Positions 20,156 through 30,202 of a stretch of 64,000 nt of DNA are shown piece after piece; the stretch's first letter is position 1; every line of letters starts with the position of its first letter. The stretch is from an uncultured delta proteobacterium (GTDB lineage: Bacteria; Myxococcota; Myxococcia; SLRQ01). The notes beneath the pieces are model-generated. The model was not told where the DNA came from. It did no database searches and saw nothing but the letters and a program-made list of their open reading frames with translations. The position numbers and the translations under genes are program-made. Location: positions 32,001 to 96,000 of the forward strand of contig CAVSGM010000009.1 in the NCBI GenBank assembly GCA_963727485.1, given 5' to 3'.

Positions 20156-22756
20156 CTAGAACCGGTAGATCACCCGCTGCATCTTCCCCTTGGTGATCTC
20201 CACGCTGAACGACTTCGTCTTCCCCCCGGCCGCCTCGAACGTCACCTTGTGATGCCCCACCGGCAGCTTCAGCGGGCTGGCCGGCGTAATCGGCGTCACC
20301 CGGCCGGTGTCGTGGCCGTCGACGAGGACCTTCGCCCAGGGGATGCACTGGGCAATCAGCGTCCCCTCCCCATGGGCCTTGGCCACGTGGTGGCGCGGCG
20401 GCCGGCGGTGCACCACCCGATGCCGGTGCACCGGCGCCGGCGGGGGTACCGCGTCGAGGTGGGTGGTGACCGTCTCGGTGGTCTTGCCGGCGAAGGCCAC
20501 CCGGATCTCCTTGGAGTGGTAGCCACGCTTGGCGAGGGTGAAGCGGTGCACTCCGTCGAGGTCGAGCCCCTTGGCGTGGTAGGGCGTGTGGCCGACGACC
20601 TTCTTGCCCACCCGGACCTCGGCCCCCGAGGGGTCGGAGGTGAGGATGGCGGTCCCGGTGGTGGGAATCGGCGGTGGCGCCGGCTGGGGCTTGGGCGCCG
20701 GCTGGGTCGGCGGGTTCTTCTCCGGGGCCGGGGTCGGGGTCGGCGCGGGCGCCCCGGTGGCGACGGCCGCCTTCACCGGCGTCGGCGTCGGGGCCGGCGT
20801 CGGGGCCGGCGTCGGGGCCGGCGTCGGGGCCGGGGTGGGCGCCGGCTTGGGCGCCGGGGTCGCCACGGCGCCCGGGATCTTCAGGGTCGCGTGGCCCTCG
20901 CCCCCGGCGGGGACATCCACCATCTTCGCCACCTGGCCGTCGTCAAGGACGCTCCGGACCACCACCTGGTGCTGCCCCGCCTTGAGGGACCGGACGAAGA
21001 CCGGCGAGGCGTGGTCCACGAGCTGCCCGTCGACCAGGATATCCACCCGCTGGTCGGGCACGGTGATGATGGTGAGGCTCCCGGTGGTCGGGGTGTGGCC
21101 GCGGACCATGCTCGCCACCCCGATCGCGGCGGCGATGGCCAGGACCCCGCCGATCCCGCCGGCGAGGTAGAGCCGGTTGCGGTTCCCCCCGGCCTTCCCG
21201 GCGTCCCGGGCGGCGCTGCGGACCTTCGAGGGGGCCACGTCGGGGAGCGCCGTCGCCGAGGAGGACACCGAGACCTTGGGAGGCGACGGCGGCCGGACCT
21301 CCCGGATGTTCGGCGACACCTTGGGCGGCGGCGGCTTGAGGACCTCGTCGGCGTGGGTGATGCGGGTGCTCTGCTCGAGGAGCGCGCCGTCCGGGCCCAT
21401 GGTCCCGGGGCTGGAGGGGATCTCCTCAGCGAAGCGGCCGACGGCGTCCTGGTGGGCCGCCGCCTCGGGATCGCCGAGGGCCGCCCTCCGGCGTGAGGCC
21501 GCGTGGCGCTGGCCCTCGTCGGTGTCGGCGTCCTCGGCGACGCCGGGCCCGGGGGTGACCCCGCGCTCGTCGCTGTGGTCGGTGGTCTCCTCGTCGCCGA
21601 TGGGCGCGGGCTGGGCCCCGCCGAAGGCCTCGCTGCCCTCGAAGGCCCCGCCGGCGTCGAAGAGCACCGTGGCGTCGCCCCGCTGCTGGAGCATCTCCGC
21701 GGGCGGTGGGCCCAGGCTCTCGGCGGGATCCGGCGCCGGCGCCGGCGTTGAGGCGGTGGCCGCGGCGCTCTCCACCTCCGGCGGCGCCACCACCTCGGCG
21801 AACTCCTCCATCCGCTCGGCCTCGCGCCCGATGTCCGCCTCGAACTCCTGGTGCATGAACGCCGAGAGGTGCTTGGCGCCGAAGATGGTGCCGTCGGTGA
21901 GGAGGAAGCGGAGCAGGTCCTCCTGCATGTCCGAGGCGTGCTGGTAGCGATCCTCGACGTCCCGGGCCAGGGCCTTCATCAGCACCTGCTCGAGACCCTC
22001 GGGGAGGTCCGGCTTGAAGTCGGTGGGCTTGGGGACCTCGGCGTTGCGCACCTTCTCCAGGGTGGAGAAGTCGCTCTCGCCCACGAAGAGCTTCTCCCCG
22101 GTCACCGCCTCGTAGAGGCACACGCCCACCGCGAAGATGTCCGAGCGACCGTCGATGGGCAGCCCCCGCACCTGCTCGGGGCTCATGTACCCGAACTTGC
22201 CCTTGAGGATGCCCGCCTGGGTCTTCTGGGAGCGGTTGGCCGCCTTGGCGATCCCGAAGTCGATGAGCTTCACCTCCCCGTCGAAGGAGAGGAGGATGTT
22301 CTGGGGAGACACGTCCCGGTGGACGATGTGCATCTCCTGGCCCCGGGCGTCCTTCTTCCGGTGGGCGTAGTCGAGCCCCTCGCACATCTTCTGGGCGATG
22401 TAGACCGCCTGGGCCAGGGGCATCAGCTCCCCCCGGCGCTTGAACTTGTCGAGGATGGTCCGCAGGTCACGCCCGGAGACGTACTCCATGGCGATGAAGT
22501 AGTTCTCGTCGTGCTTCCCCAGCTCGTAGATCTGGACGATGTTGGCGTGGTTCAGCTGGACCGCGATCCGCGCCTCGTCGATGAACATGGTGATGAACTC
22601 CTGGTCCTCCACCATGGTCGGCAGGATCTTCTTGATCGCGAGCAGGCGCTCGAATCCCTCGACGCCGAACGACTTGGCGAGGAACACCTCGGCCATGCCG
22701 CCGACGTTGATGCGGTCGAGAAGCAGGTACTTCCCGAAGGGGATGGGCTTCCTCAT
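20156..22756 (-). CDS. Hanks-type Ser/Thr protein kinase with TM and C-terminal PEGA domains
   Basis: GGMAEVF, AIKKI, HRDVSPQN, DFGIAK, YMSPEQ; TM; PEGA-like SDPSGAEVRV and PWAKVLVDG. Confidence 0.95.
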   Translation of the reverse strand: MRKPIPFGKYLLLDRINVGGMAEVFLAKSFGVEGFERLLAIKKILPTMVEDQEFITMFIDEARIAVQLNHANIVQIYELGKHDENYFIAMEYVSGRDLRTILDKFKRRGELMPLAQAVYIAQKMCEGLDYAHRKKDARGQEMHIVHRDVSPQNILLSFDGEVKLIDFGIAKAANRSQKTQAGILKGKFGYMSPEQVRGLPIDGRSDIFAVGVCLYEAVTGEKLFVGESDFSTLEKVRNAEVPKPTDFKPDLPEGLEQVLMKALARDVEDRYQHASDMQEDLLRFLLTDGTIFGAKHLSAFMHQEFEADIGREAERMEEFAEVVAPPEVESAAATASTPAPAPDPAESLGPPPAEMLQQRGDATVLFDAGGAFEGSEAFGGAQPAPIGDEETTDHSDERGVTPGPGVAEDADTDEGQRHAASRRRAALGDPEAAAHQDAVGRFAEEIPSSPGTMGPDGALLEQSTRITHADEVLKPPPPKVSPNIREVRPPSPPKVSVSSSATALPDVAPSKVRSAARDAGKAGGNRNRLYLAGGIGGVLAIAAAIGVASMVRGHTPTTGSLTIITVPDQRVDILVDGQLVDHASPVFVRSLKAGQHQVVVRSVLDDGQVAKMVDVPAGGEGHATLKIPGAVATPAPKPAPTPAPTPAPTPAPTPAPTPTPVKAAVATGAPAPTPTPAPEKNPPTQPAPKPQPAPPPIPTTGTAILTSDPSGAEVRVGKKVVGHTPYHAKGLDLDGVHRFTLAKRGYHSKEIRVAFAGKTTETVTTHLDAVPPPAPVHRHRVVHRRPPRHHVAKAHGEGTLIAQCIPWAKVLVDGHDTGRVTPITPASPLKLPVGHHKVTFEAAGGKTKSFSVEITKGKMQRVIYRF
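20784..20831. repeat. Coding tandem repeat (4 x 12 bp GGCGTCGGGGCC) encoding a PTPA linker
   Basis: Perfect 12-bp units inside the kinase extracytoplasmic linker. Confidence 0.9.
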
Positions 22757-22789
22757 CGCAGGGTACGGGGCCCGGCCCCGACGGGGGCG

Positions 22790-23446
22790 CTAGCCACAGC
22801 CGGCCGCGTCCGCCGGCGGCTGCCCCTTGAAGGCGTCGTGGACGTCCTCGAAGAGCTTCATGTACCGCGTCTTGGCAAAGTCCTCGATCTGCGAGCTGCG
22901 GATGAGGTCCGCGGCGCTGCGCCGGATCTTGGCCGTGAACACCTTGGTCGTGCCCATGCAGGACCACATCGCCACCATGGTGGAGATCGGCGCCGCGTGG
23001 GCGACCGCCGCGGCCACGTAGGAGGCCTCGAAGGGCAGGCGCTCCTTCTTCCCGATCTTCCAGGAGACGTAGGCGATGACCACGCCTCCCTGGTCGACGA
23101 GCTGCACCGAGGCGACCTCGCTCCCGATGGGGGTCTTCTTCAGCGCCGCCTTCACCGCCGCGGTCTGGGCTGCGATCGCCTGGTCGGCGTCCTGCTTGCC
23201 GCGCTTGATCGCCTTCTCCAGGGTCCGCTTGGAGACCCCGAAGTTCCGGGCGATGGCGGCGAGGCGGTGCCGGGCGCGGATCTTCTTCACCCGCGGGTCC
23301 TCGAGGGCGTTCTGGTAGTCCCGGTAGAGCTTGTACTGGGACGCCGGGAGGGTCCCGGGGTCGGCGAGGGCCGGCCGGGACGGGGCCACGAAGGCGACGA
23401 GGACCCCAGCGGCGATCACGCTGAGGACATGGCGGTGGAGCAGCAT
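22790..23446 (-). CDS. Hypothetical secreted protein
   Basis: Signal peptide ending ALA|D; strong GC3 bias; upstream of kinase in the same orientation. Confidence 0.75.
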   Translation of the reverse strand: MLLHRHVLSVIAAGVLVAFVAPSRPALADPGTLPASQYKLYRDYQNALEDPRVKKIRARHRLAAIARNFGVSKRTLEKAIKRGKQDADQAIAAQTAAVKAALKKTPIGSEVASVQLVDQGGVVIAYVSWKIGKKERLPFEASYVAAAVAHAAPISTMVAMWSCMGTTKVFTAKIRRSAADLIRSSQIEDFAKTRYMKLFEDVHDAFKGQPPADAAGCG

Positions 23447-23539
23447 GGACGACCCCTGGATGCACGGTTCATGGTGCCGGAATCACGAATCTATCGTCGC
23501 GGTCCGGGGAGGGTCAATGCACCCTCTTCGCCCTTTCGT

Positions 23540-23671
23540 CCCCCAGGTCCCGGCGCCGGTGCAAAGCCCCCCAGGCGGGCGCCTCTCTAGGGAGAAGCCG
23601 GTTCTTGTGGCCCGCCACGCCGTTTCCGTACGGTGATCGGAGCGGCTGGGGTCGGGCCGGCGCCCCGGGGG
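23540..23671. ncRNA. Candidate structured non-coding RNA or cis-element
   Basis: Nested complementary pairs: CCCCC/GGGGG, GGCGCCGG/CCGGCGCC, CCCCAG/CTGGGG, GGCGGGC/GCCCGCC, in a divergent intergenic gap. Family not recognised. Confidence 0.3.
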
Positions 23672-23753
23672 CGTCCAGGAGATCGATCGTGCTTGGGTCC
23701 GGGAGTGACATTTGCGGGCGCGTCGCCCGCCAGAGGCGGCCGGTGGGCTGACG

Positions 23754-24017
23754 GTGGGCCTCGTCAACCGATCGCCCCCCGAGGGCGTCGTCCTCGGCCC
23801 CCTGTCCCAGCAGGTCTTCGACGTCCTGGCCGAGAGCGCCTCCTTCCCCTGGGCGATCCTGATGGTGCAGTGCAAGCGGGCCGGCCTCGACCCCGAGAAC
23901 CTGGGGCACGGCGACCTGCCGGCCCTCATCGCCCCCCTCGCCGACGCCGTGGGTCGCTTCACCTCCCCCGAGGAGGAGGCGTCGGTCCGCGCCCGCCTCG
24001 AGACCCTGACCGGGTGA
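23754..24017 (+). CDS. Hypothetical small helical protein (start uncertain)
   Basis: Coding-like codon bias from GTG 23754 (VGLVNRSPPEGVVLGPLSQQVFDVLAE...). Confidence 0.6.
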   Translation: MGLVNRSPPEGVVLGPLSQQVFDVLAESASFPWAILMVQCKRAGLDPENLGHGDLPALIAPLADAVGRFTSPEEEASVRARLETLTG

Positions 24018-24042
24018 CCGCCGCGTGTGGTACCTAGTCGCC

Positions 24043-24765
24043 ATGCGACGCCCGAGCTTGGCCCTCCTCGCCGTCCCGGCGCTCCTCCTCGCCGGCTGCC
24101 CCAGCTACACCCACCTCCCCGACGTCGAGCAGGGCCTGGTGAACAAGACCGTCACCGGCCAGGCCCGGCAGCTCGCCGTGAGCATGTACGTGGGCCCCTT
24201 CTTCCGGGACGACAACTACCGGCTCCTCGAGGACCAGCCCCCGGCGTCGGTGGATCTCCTCCGGGGGCCCGGGGGCGAGCGGATGCTGCCGGGGGCGCCC
24301 ACGGGCATCCTCCCGGCGGGCACCCGGGTGGTGATCCGGGACGTCCAGTTCCCCACCGCCGAGGCGGCCACCAGCCGGGCCCTGCTCACCCCCCGTTACT
24401 TCACCTGGGTCGTCCTGCGCCACGAGGGCTCGCCGAAGCCCCTGGTGATCGTGATCCGGGACGATCCGACGACGCACCAGGCGTTCCTCGCGCTCCTCGG
24501 GCGCTACCTCACCACCGAGGACGTCGCCGCCAAGGTCGCCGGCTTCCCCGCGGACGTCCAGGCCGCCATCGCCAAGAAGCAGATGCGCCAGGGGCTCACC
24601 GCCGAGCAGGCGCGGATGACCTGGGGCCTGCCGATGCAGATCCGCCGCGACCGGGTGGGCCAGCGGGTCACCGAGACCTGGACCTACGAGGGCGGGCGGA
24701 CGGTGACCCTGAAGGACGGAAAGGTGACCGCCTTCGCCGCCGCCGCCACGCCCCTGAAGCGCTAG
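24043..24765 (+). CDS. Lipoprotein, hypothetical (SmpA/BamE-like C-terminus)
   Basis: LLAGC lipobox; C-terminal GLTAEQARMTWGLP...ETWTY. Confidence 0.8.
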   Translation: MRRPSLALLAVPALLLAGCPSYTHLPDVEQGLVNKTVTGQARQLAVSMYVGPFFRDDNYRLLEDQPPASVDLLRGPGGERMLPGAPTGILPAGTRVVIRDVQFPTAEAATSRALLTPRYFTWVVLRHEGSPKPLVIVIRDDPTTHQAFLALLGRYLTTEDVAAKVAGFPADVQAAIAKKQMRQGLTAEQARMTWGLPMQIRRDRVGQRVTETWTYEGGRTVTLKDGKVTAFAAAATPLKR

Positions 24766-25292
24766 AAGTCCCAGTTGGCGAAGAGCTGCTCGCGGAAGCT
24801 CGCCAGCTCCTCGAGGCGCCGGCCGTCGCTGGTCTGGCTGAGCAGGTCGAGGACCTTCACGTTCATCCGGTGGAGACGGTGGTTCTCCACCCGGGCGATG
24901 GCGATGGCGATCTTCGCCGCCACCCGGGGGTGGGCGTCGATGAGCCGGGTGAAGGCGTCGCCGCGGATCAGGAGGTAGCGCGCCGGCCGGGTCACCCGCA
25001 CCGTGGCCGAGGCCCCGTGGATCCCGGTGATCCCACTCTCGCCGAGGGTGGCGCCGGCGCCGAGGACCGCCAGCTGGTGCATCTGCCCGTCGTCGCCGCG
25101 CTTGACCACCTCGACCTCGCCGTCGGCCAGCACCAGGAGGCCCGGCGCCGGCTGGCCCTCGGAGAGGATCAGCGTCCCCGCCCCGGCCTCCTCGACCTCG
25201 GCGAAGCTCACCAGGGCGTGGATCTCCTCGCCGGTGAGCTCGCGCCCGAAGGGCGCCTGGGCCACCAGGCTGCGCAGCTGCTCGTCGGTCAT
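24762..25292 (-). CDS. Stand-alone cyclic nucleotide-binding domain protein
   Basis: ILSEGQPAPGLLVLADGEVEV, GATLGE, SATVRV; GGAGG RBS before ATG 25292. Confidence 0.85.
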   Translation of the reverse strand: MTDEQLRSLVAQAPFGRELTGEEIHALVSFAEVEEAGAGTLILSEGQPAPGLLVLADGEVEVVKRGDDGQMHQLAVLGAGATLGESGITGIHGASATVRVTRPARYLLIRGDAFTRLIDAHPRVAAKIAIAIARVENHRLHRMNVKVLDLLSQTSDGRRLEELASFREQLFANWDF

Positions 25293-25333
25293 GTGTGCCT
25301 CCCCGTTCAGGTCCCGCGGCGGTGACGCGGGCG

Positions 25334-26563
25334 TCAGATGCCCCGGAGCACCGTGGCCTTGCCCACCCGCCCGATGGCCAGGACGAAGGCCGCGGTGCGC
25401 AGGGCGATCTTCTTGGTGGCGCGGATCTCCCGGAGCGTGGCGTAGGCCTCGGTCATGTGGCGCTCGAGCTCGGCCTCGACCTTGTCGGCGGTCCACTTGA
25501 ACTGCTGGATGTTCTGGACCCACTCGAAGTAGCTCACCGTGACCCCGCCGGCGTTGGCGAGGATGTCCGGGACCACCTCGATGCCCCGGTCCCGGAGGAT
25601 GCGGTCCGCCTCGGGGGTGGTGGGGCCGTTGGCGGCCTCGACCACCAGCTTCGCCTGGACCTCCCCGGCGTTGTCGGCGTCGAGGACCCCGCCGAGGGCC
25701 GCCGGGACCAGGACGTCCACCGGGAGCAGGAGCAGGGCGTCGTTGTCCACCGGGTCGACGCCGGGGAAGTCGATGACCGAGCCGGTCTGCTTCACGTGGT
25801 CGCCCAGCGCCGGGATGTCGAGGCCCTCGGGGTTGCGGATGCCGCCGTTGACGTCGCTCACCGCCACCACCTTGCCCCCGGCCTCGTGGAGGAGGCGGGC
25901 GGTGTGGGCGCCGACGTTCCCGAAGCCCTGGATGGCGAAGGTGCTACCGCGGATCTCCTTGCCCGCGTCCTTGAGGGCCTCGCGGATGGCGAGGTTCACC
26001 CCGCGCCCGGTGGCCGCCTCGCGCCCCAGCGACCCGTAGAACTCCACGGGCTTGCCGGTGACCACCGCCGGGGTGTGGCCGTGGTACTTGGCGTACTGGT
26101 CCATGATCCAGGCCATCACCTGGCCGTTGGTGTTCACGTCGGGGGCGGGGATGTCCCGGTGGGGGCCGATGACCTCGTGGATGGCGTCGGTGAACTTCCG
26201 GGTCAGGCGCTCGAGCTCGCCCCGGGAGAGCTGGCGCGGGTCCACGGTGATGCCCCCCTTGGCGCCGCCGAAGGGGAGGTTCACCACCGCGGTCTTCCAG
26301 GTCATCAGCGACGCCAGCGACCGCACCTCGTCGTCGCCGACCTCCGGGTGGAAGCGCAGGCCGCCCTTCATGGGGCCCCGGGCGTTGTCGTGCTGCACCC
26401 GGTAGCCGATGTGGGTCGCCACGGTGCCGTCGTCGCGCTCGATGGCCACCTGCACCCGGACCTCGCGCAGGGGGGTCACCAGGAGCCGCTCGATGTGCGG
26501 CGACAGGTCCATGAGCCGCGCCGCCTCGTCGAAGTACGCCTTCGTCCCCTCGAATGCGTTCAT
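25334..26563 (-). CDS. gdhA: Glu/Leu/Phe/Val dehydrogenase (glutamate dehydrogenase)
   Basis: [56 protein letters not shown]. Confidence 0.93.
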   Translation of the reverse strand: MNAFEGTKAYFDEAARLMDLSPHIERLLVTPLREVRVQVAIERDDGTVATHIGYRVQHDNARGPMKGGLRFHPEVGDDEVRSLASLMTWKTAVVNLPFGGAKGGITVDPRQLSRGELERLTRKFTDAIHEVIGPHRDIPAPDVNTNGQVMAWIMDQYAKYHGHTPAVVTGKPVEFYGSLGREAATGRGVNLAIREALKDAGKEIRGSTFAIQGFGNVGAHTARLLHEAGGKVVAVSDVNGGIRNPEGLDIPALGDHVKQTGSVIDFPGVDPVDNDALLLLPVDVLVPAALGGVLDADNAGEVQAKLVVEAANGPTTPEADRILRDRGIEVVPDILANAGGVTVSYFEWVQNIQQFKWTADKVEAELERHMTEAYATLREIRATKKIALRTAAFVLAIGRVGKATVLRGI

Positions 26564-26604
26564 GCTCCCCTCCAGACCGCTTCGGACGCTATCATGCAGG
26601 CGCC

Positions 26605-27096
26605 ATGAGCACCACGCACCCCCCCGGGCAGGAGCCCCCGGTCGAGCTCCAGGAGATCGAGCGCAGCGAGGGCACGATGGTCGACGACCTCGACTTCCCC
26701 GAAGAGCGCCGGGGGCTGCGCGCCTGGCTCCCCTGGATCATCGGGGTCGTGGTCTTCGTCGCCACCATCGCCGTCCTCTACGGCCTCGAGGGCGGCATCA
26801 ACCACTTCGTCCACGGCTTCCGGGCCAAGGAGCGCGCCGCCGAGCAGGGCCGGATCGTCTACGAGGCCGGCTCCAAGGACGTGGTCCCGAACGTGGTCTT
26901 CATCGACTCCCACCCGCCCAACGCCATCGTCCGGGTGAACGGGCAGAAGCTCGGCCGCACGCCCCTCATCGTCCAGCGCCACCTCGAGGGAGACACGGCG
27001 CGGGTGCAGCTCGACGCCGACGGGCGGCAGAGCTGGAGCAAGGACGTGCCGGTGATCGACGGCGGGATCCACGTGGAGGCGAAGCTGAAGAAGTAG
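26605..27096 (+). CDS. Single-TM PEGA-domain protein
   Basis: TM segment, then [22 protein letters not shown]. Confidence 0.8.
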   Translation: MSTTHPPGQEPPVELQEIERSEGTMVDDLDFPEERRGLRAWLPWIIGVVVFVATIAVLYGLEGGINHFVHGFRAKERAAEQGRIVYEAGSKDVVPNVVFIDSHPPNAIVRVNGQKLGRTPLIVQRHLEGDTARVQLDADGRQSWSKDVPVIDGGIHVEAKLKK

Positions 27097-27106
27097 GGGC
27101 CCGGCG

Positions 27107-27370
27107 TCAGGCCTCGGCCTCGGGGGGCGACGCGCTCGCCGGGGCCTGCTCGGCGGCGCGGATGAGGTAGCCGAGCATCATCAGGGTCGAGGCCGCTTGC
27201 TCCGGGGCCGCGGCCTGGTTCTGGATCACCCCGCCGGCGTAGCTGGCGAAGAACGCCGAGAGGGCCTCGCCGGCCTCCTCGCGGATGAGGGACTCGAGAT
27301 CTCCGGGCGCCATGTCCTGGAGCGAGGTGATGAAGCGGATGGCGTTCTCGCGCTTGGGGTCTTCGTCCAT
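27107..27370 (-). CDS. Hypothetical protein
   Basis: MDEDPKRENAIRF..., 87 aa, GC3-biased codons. Confidence 0.65.
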   Translation of the reverse strand: MDEDPKRENAIRFITSLQDMAPGDLESLIREEAGEALSAFFASYAGGVIQNQAAAPEQAASTLMMLGYLIRAAEQAPASASPPEAEA

Positions 27371-27477
27371 GGCGGGGACCCTATCAACGCCGCGCCACCT
27401 GGGCGACACCCCCCGGCACCCGCTTGACCGGGGAAACCGCCGTTGGTAGCGTCGCGCCGCCTCTTCGTGAGCGCATC

Positions 27478-28695
27478 ATGCCGGGAAAACTCGTGGAATC
27501 CCTGAAGACCCTCGGGGTCCTCGCGGTCATCGCGACGGCGGCCGCCGCCGCCTCGCCGGCGCGCGCGCAGGCACCGGCCCCCAAGGCCGCCGCGCCGGCC
27601 GCGCCCACGGCCGCCGTCGACGCCCCCGCCGCCCCCGCCGGCGTCGCCGTCCGCGACAAGCCCAACGACGACGGCCGGGCGCTGCTGGTGAGCTGGGAGA
27701 GTGTCCCCGGCGCCACCGCCTACGTCATCGAGCGGGCCGCCGCCGCCACCGGCCCCTGGAAGCAGGTCAAGCAGGTCTCGGCGAGCGCCACCGGCTTCGA
27801 GGACGCCTTCGAGCAGGCGGGCAACCAGGGCTGGTACTACCGGGTCGCCGCCCTGGGCCCCAAGGGCCCCGGCGCCTGGTCCACCGTCGCCGGCCCGGTG
27901 CAGGCCACCCAGTCGATCTTCGACACCGGGACCACCATGCTCCTGGTGTTCATCGCGGTGTTCGCGGCGCTGATGGGCTACTTCCTCAACCAGGCCAAGC
28001 GGAACCCCGAGGGCCTCTACATCCGCCGCATCCCCGGCATCGACGCCATCGAGGAGGCCATCGGCCGCGCCACCGAGATGGGCCGCCCGGTCCTCTATGT
28101 CCCCGGCATCGAGGACATGACCGACGTCCAGACCATCGCCTCCATGCTCATCCTGGGCAAGGTGGCGGAGACGGTGGCCCGGTACAACTCGGAGATCATC
28201 GTCGCCAACCGGGTGCCCTTCGTGATGACGGTCGCCGAAGAGGTGGTGAAGCAGGGCTTCTACAACGCCGGCCGCCCCGAGGCCCACAAGCCCGAGAACA
28301 TCCGCTTCCTCTCCGACGAGCAGTTCGCGTTCACCGCCGGCACCAACGGCATCATGATGCGCGAGAAGCCGGCGACCAACCTCTTCCTCGGCCGGTTCTT
28401 CGCCGAGTCGCTGATCCTCGCGGAGACGGGGTTCAAGGCCAAGGCGATCCAGGTCGCGGGCACCGCCGAGGTGACCCAGCTGCCCTTCTTCATCGCCGCC
28501 TGCGACTACACGCTCATCGGTGAGGAGCTCTTCGCCGCCAGCGCCTATCTCTCGCGGGAGCCCCTGATCCTGTCCACCCTCAAGGCGGCGGACTGGTTCA
28601 AGGTGGGCCTGGTGGTGGCGATCGTCCTCGGCACCATCCTCGAGACCGCGGGCATCCACGGCTTCCGCCACGCCTTCATGCTGGGCAGCGAGTAG
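27478..28695 (+). CDS. FN3-like plus DUF6754-like membrane protein (operon gene 1)
   Basis: Signal peptide, DKPNDDG..VSW..YYRV FN3-like domain, TM, IRRIPGIDAIEEAIGRATEMGRP, QLPFFIAACDYTLIGEELFAASAYL, C-terminal TM. Confidence 0.8.
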   Translation: MPGKLVESLKTLGVLAVIATAAAAASPARAQAPAPKAAAPAAPTAAVDAPAAPAGVAVRDKPNDDGRALLVSWESVPGATAYVIERAAAATGPWKQVKQVSASATGFEDAFEQAGNQGWYYRVAALGPKGPGAWSTVAGPVQATQSIFDTGTTMLLVFIAVFAALMGYFLNQAKRNPEGLYIRRIPGIDAIEEAIGRATEMGRPVLYVPGIEDMTDVQTIASMLILGKVAETVARYNSEIIVANRVPFVMTVAEEVVKQGFYNAGRPEAHKPENIRFLSDEQFAFTAGTNGIMMREKPATNLFLGRFFAESLILAETGFKAKAIQVAGTAEVTQLPFFIAACDYTLIGEELFAASAYLSREPLILSTLKAADWFKVGLVVAIVLGTILETAGIHGFRHAFMLGSE

Positions 28696-28698
28696 GTG

Positions 28699-29358
28699 AT
28701 GAAGAAGACCGCCCCCCTCATCATCACCTTCCTGCTCGGGACCTTCATGATCCTCGAGCGGCTCACGCCCCTGCGGGCGGTGGGCGACGCCAAGAACCAC
28801 ATCTACAACGTGGGCATGTCGATCATGGCCGCGACCTACCTCCTCGGTCTCGGCAACCTGGTCGCGGTCAACGTCCCCATCATCCGCCGTCGCCAGGAGG
28901 ACTGGCCGTACAAGATCGTCCTGCTCTTCGGCACCGCGGTGATGCTGGTCCTGGGCTTCGGGTGGGGCATCCAGCCGGGCACGCCCTACTACTGGATGTT
29001 CGACAACGTCTACGTGCCCCTGCAGGCGACGATGTTCGCGCTCTTGGCGTTCTTCATCGCCTCCGCCGCCTTCCGGGCGTTCCGGGCGCGGACCCCCGAG
29101 GCCGCCCTGCTCCTCGGCGCGGCGATGCTGGTGATGATCGGCCGGGTGCCGGTGGGCCAGCTCCTCTGGAACTACCTGCCCTTCCACCACATCCCCGACG
29201 GGGCCCCGGGCCACTCGCCGTTCTTCTGGTCGTGGATCATGAACGTGCCGAACCTCGCCGGGAAGCGCGCCATCCTCATCGGCGCGGCGCTGGGCGCGGT
29301 GTCCACGGGCCTCCGGGTGATCCTCGGCCTCGAGCGCAGCTACCTGGGGGGCGAGTAG
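28699..29358 (+). CDS. Polytopic membrane protein of unknown function (operon gene 2)
   Basis: ~6 hydrophobic segments; PLQATMFALLAFFIASAAFRAFR, GLRVILGLERSYLG; starts immediately after gene 1. Confidence 0.85.
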   Translation: MKKTAPLIITFLLGTFMILERLTPLRAVGDAKNHIYNVGMSIMAATYLLGLGNLVAVNVPIIRRRQEDWPYKIVLLFGTAVMLVLGFGWGIQPGTPYYWMFDNVYVPLQATMFALLAFFIASAAFRAFRARTPEAALLLGAAMLVMIGRVPVGQLLWNYLPFHHIPDGAPGHSPFFWSWIMNVPNLAGKRAILIGAALGAVSTGLRVILGLERSYLGGE

Positions 29359-29359
29359 C

Positions 29360-30202
29360 ATGTGGCGCCGCTTCCTGGAGTCGGTGGGCAACCTCGACCG
29401 GCGGGTGGTGTTCCTGCTCATGGGCCTCGCCATCGTCATCCCGGTGATCCGGCCGCTGGGCCTGCCGTTCAAGGTCTCGGACAACGTCCGGCACATCTAC
29501 CAGGCGGTGAACCAGCTCCAGCCCGGTGACCACGTGCTGGTGGCCGCGGACTTCGACCCGGGCTCGATGCCCGAGGTCTACCCGTTCCTCCTGGCGGTCT
29601 ACCGGCAGATCTTCGCCAAGAAGGACGTGAAGGTCATCACCAGCTCCCTGTGGCCCGCGGGGCCGCCGCTGGCCGACGCCGCGCTGAACGCGGTGGCGGT
29701 GAAGATGTTCCACAAGAAGTACGGCACCGACTACGTGAACCTCGGGTACAAGGACGGCCGCCAGGTGGCCATCCTCTCCATGGGCGAGAACATCCGCTCC
29801 ACCTACCCCAAGGACGAGTACGGGACGCCGGTGGACAAGCTCCCGGCGATGGACGGCATCAACGCCCTCAAGGACTTCGACCTCATCGTCAGCGTGAGCT
29901 CGGGGTCGCCGGGGACCAAGGAGTGGGTCACCCTGGTCCAGGGCCGCTACAACCTCAAGATGGTCGCCGCCTGCACCGCGGTGAGCGCCCCCGACTACAT
30001 CCCCTACGTGCAGGCGCACCAGCTCATCGGGCTCGCCGGCGGCATGGCCGGGAGCGCCGAGTACGAGAAGCTGGTGGGCTACAAGGGCATGGCCGCCGCG
30101 GGCATGGACGTGCTCTCGGTGGGCCACCTGCTCATCGTGCTCGCCATCATCCTCGGCAACGTCAGCTACTTCCTCGGCCGGCGCCGGAGCCGGAGCGCCT
30201 GA
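29360..30202 (+). CDS. Membrane-anchored alpha/beta protein of unknown function (operon gene 3)
   Basis: TM, soluble domain (YGTDYVNLGY, TAVSAP, GSAEYE), C-terminal TM; 1 bp after gene 2. Confidence 0.85.
   Translation: MWRRFLESVGNLDRRVVFLLMGLAIVIPVIRPLGLPFKVSDNVRHIYQAVNQLQPGDHVLVAADFDPGSMPEVYPFLLAVYRQIFAKKDVKVITSSLWPAGPPLADAALNAVAVKMFHKKYGTDYVNLGYKDGRQVAILSMGENIRSTYPKDEYGTPVDKLPAMDGINALKDFDLIVSVSSGSPGTKEWVTLVQGRYNLKMVAACTAVSAPDYIPYVQAHQLIGLAGGMAGSAEYEKLVGYKGMAAAGMDVLSVGHLLIVLAIILGNVSYFLGRRRSRSA

Noticed and set aside
23556..23575. c-di-GMP-I riboswitch suggested by GCAAAGCC
   Set aside because: The upstream GGCAAAC/GNRA stem and GGGAC context are missing.
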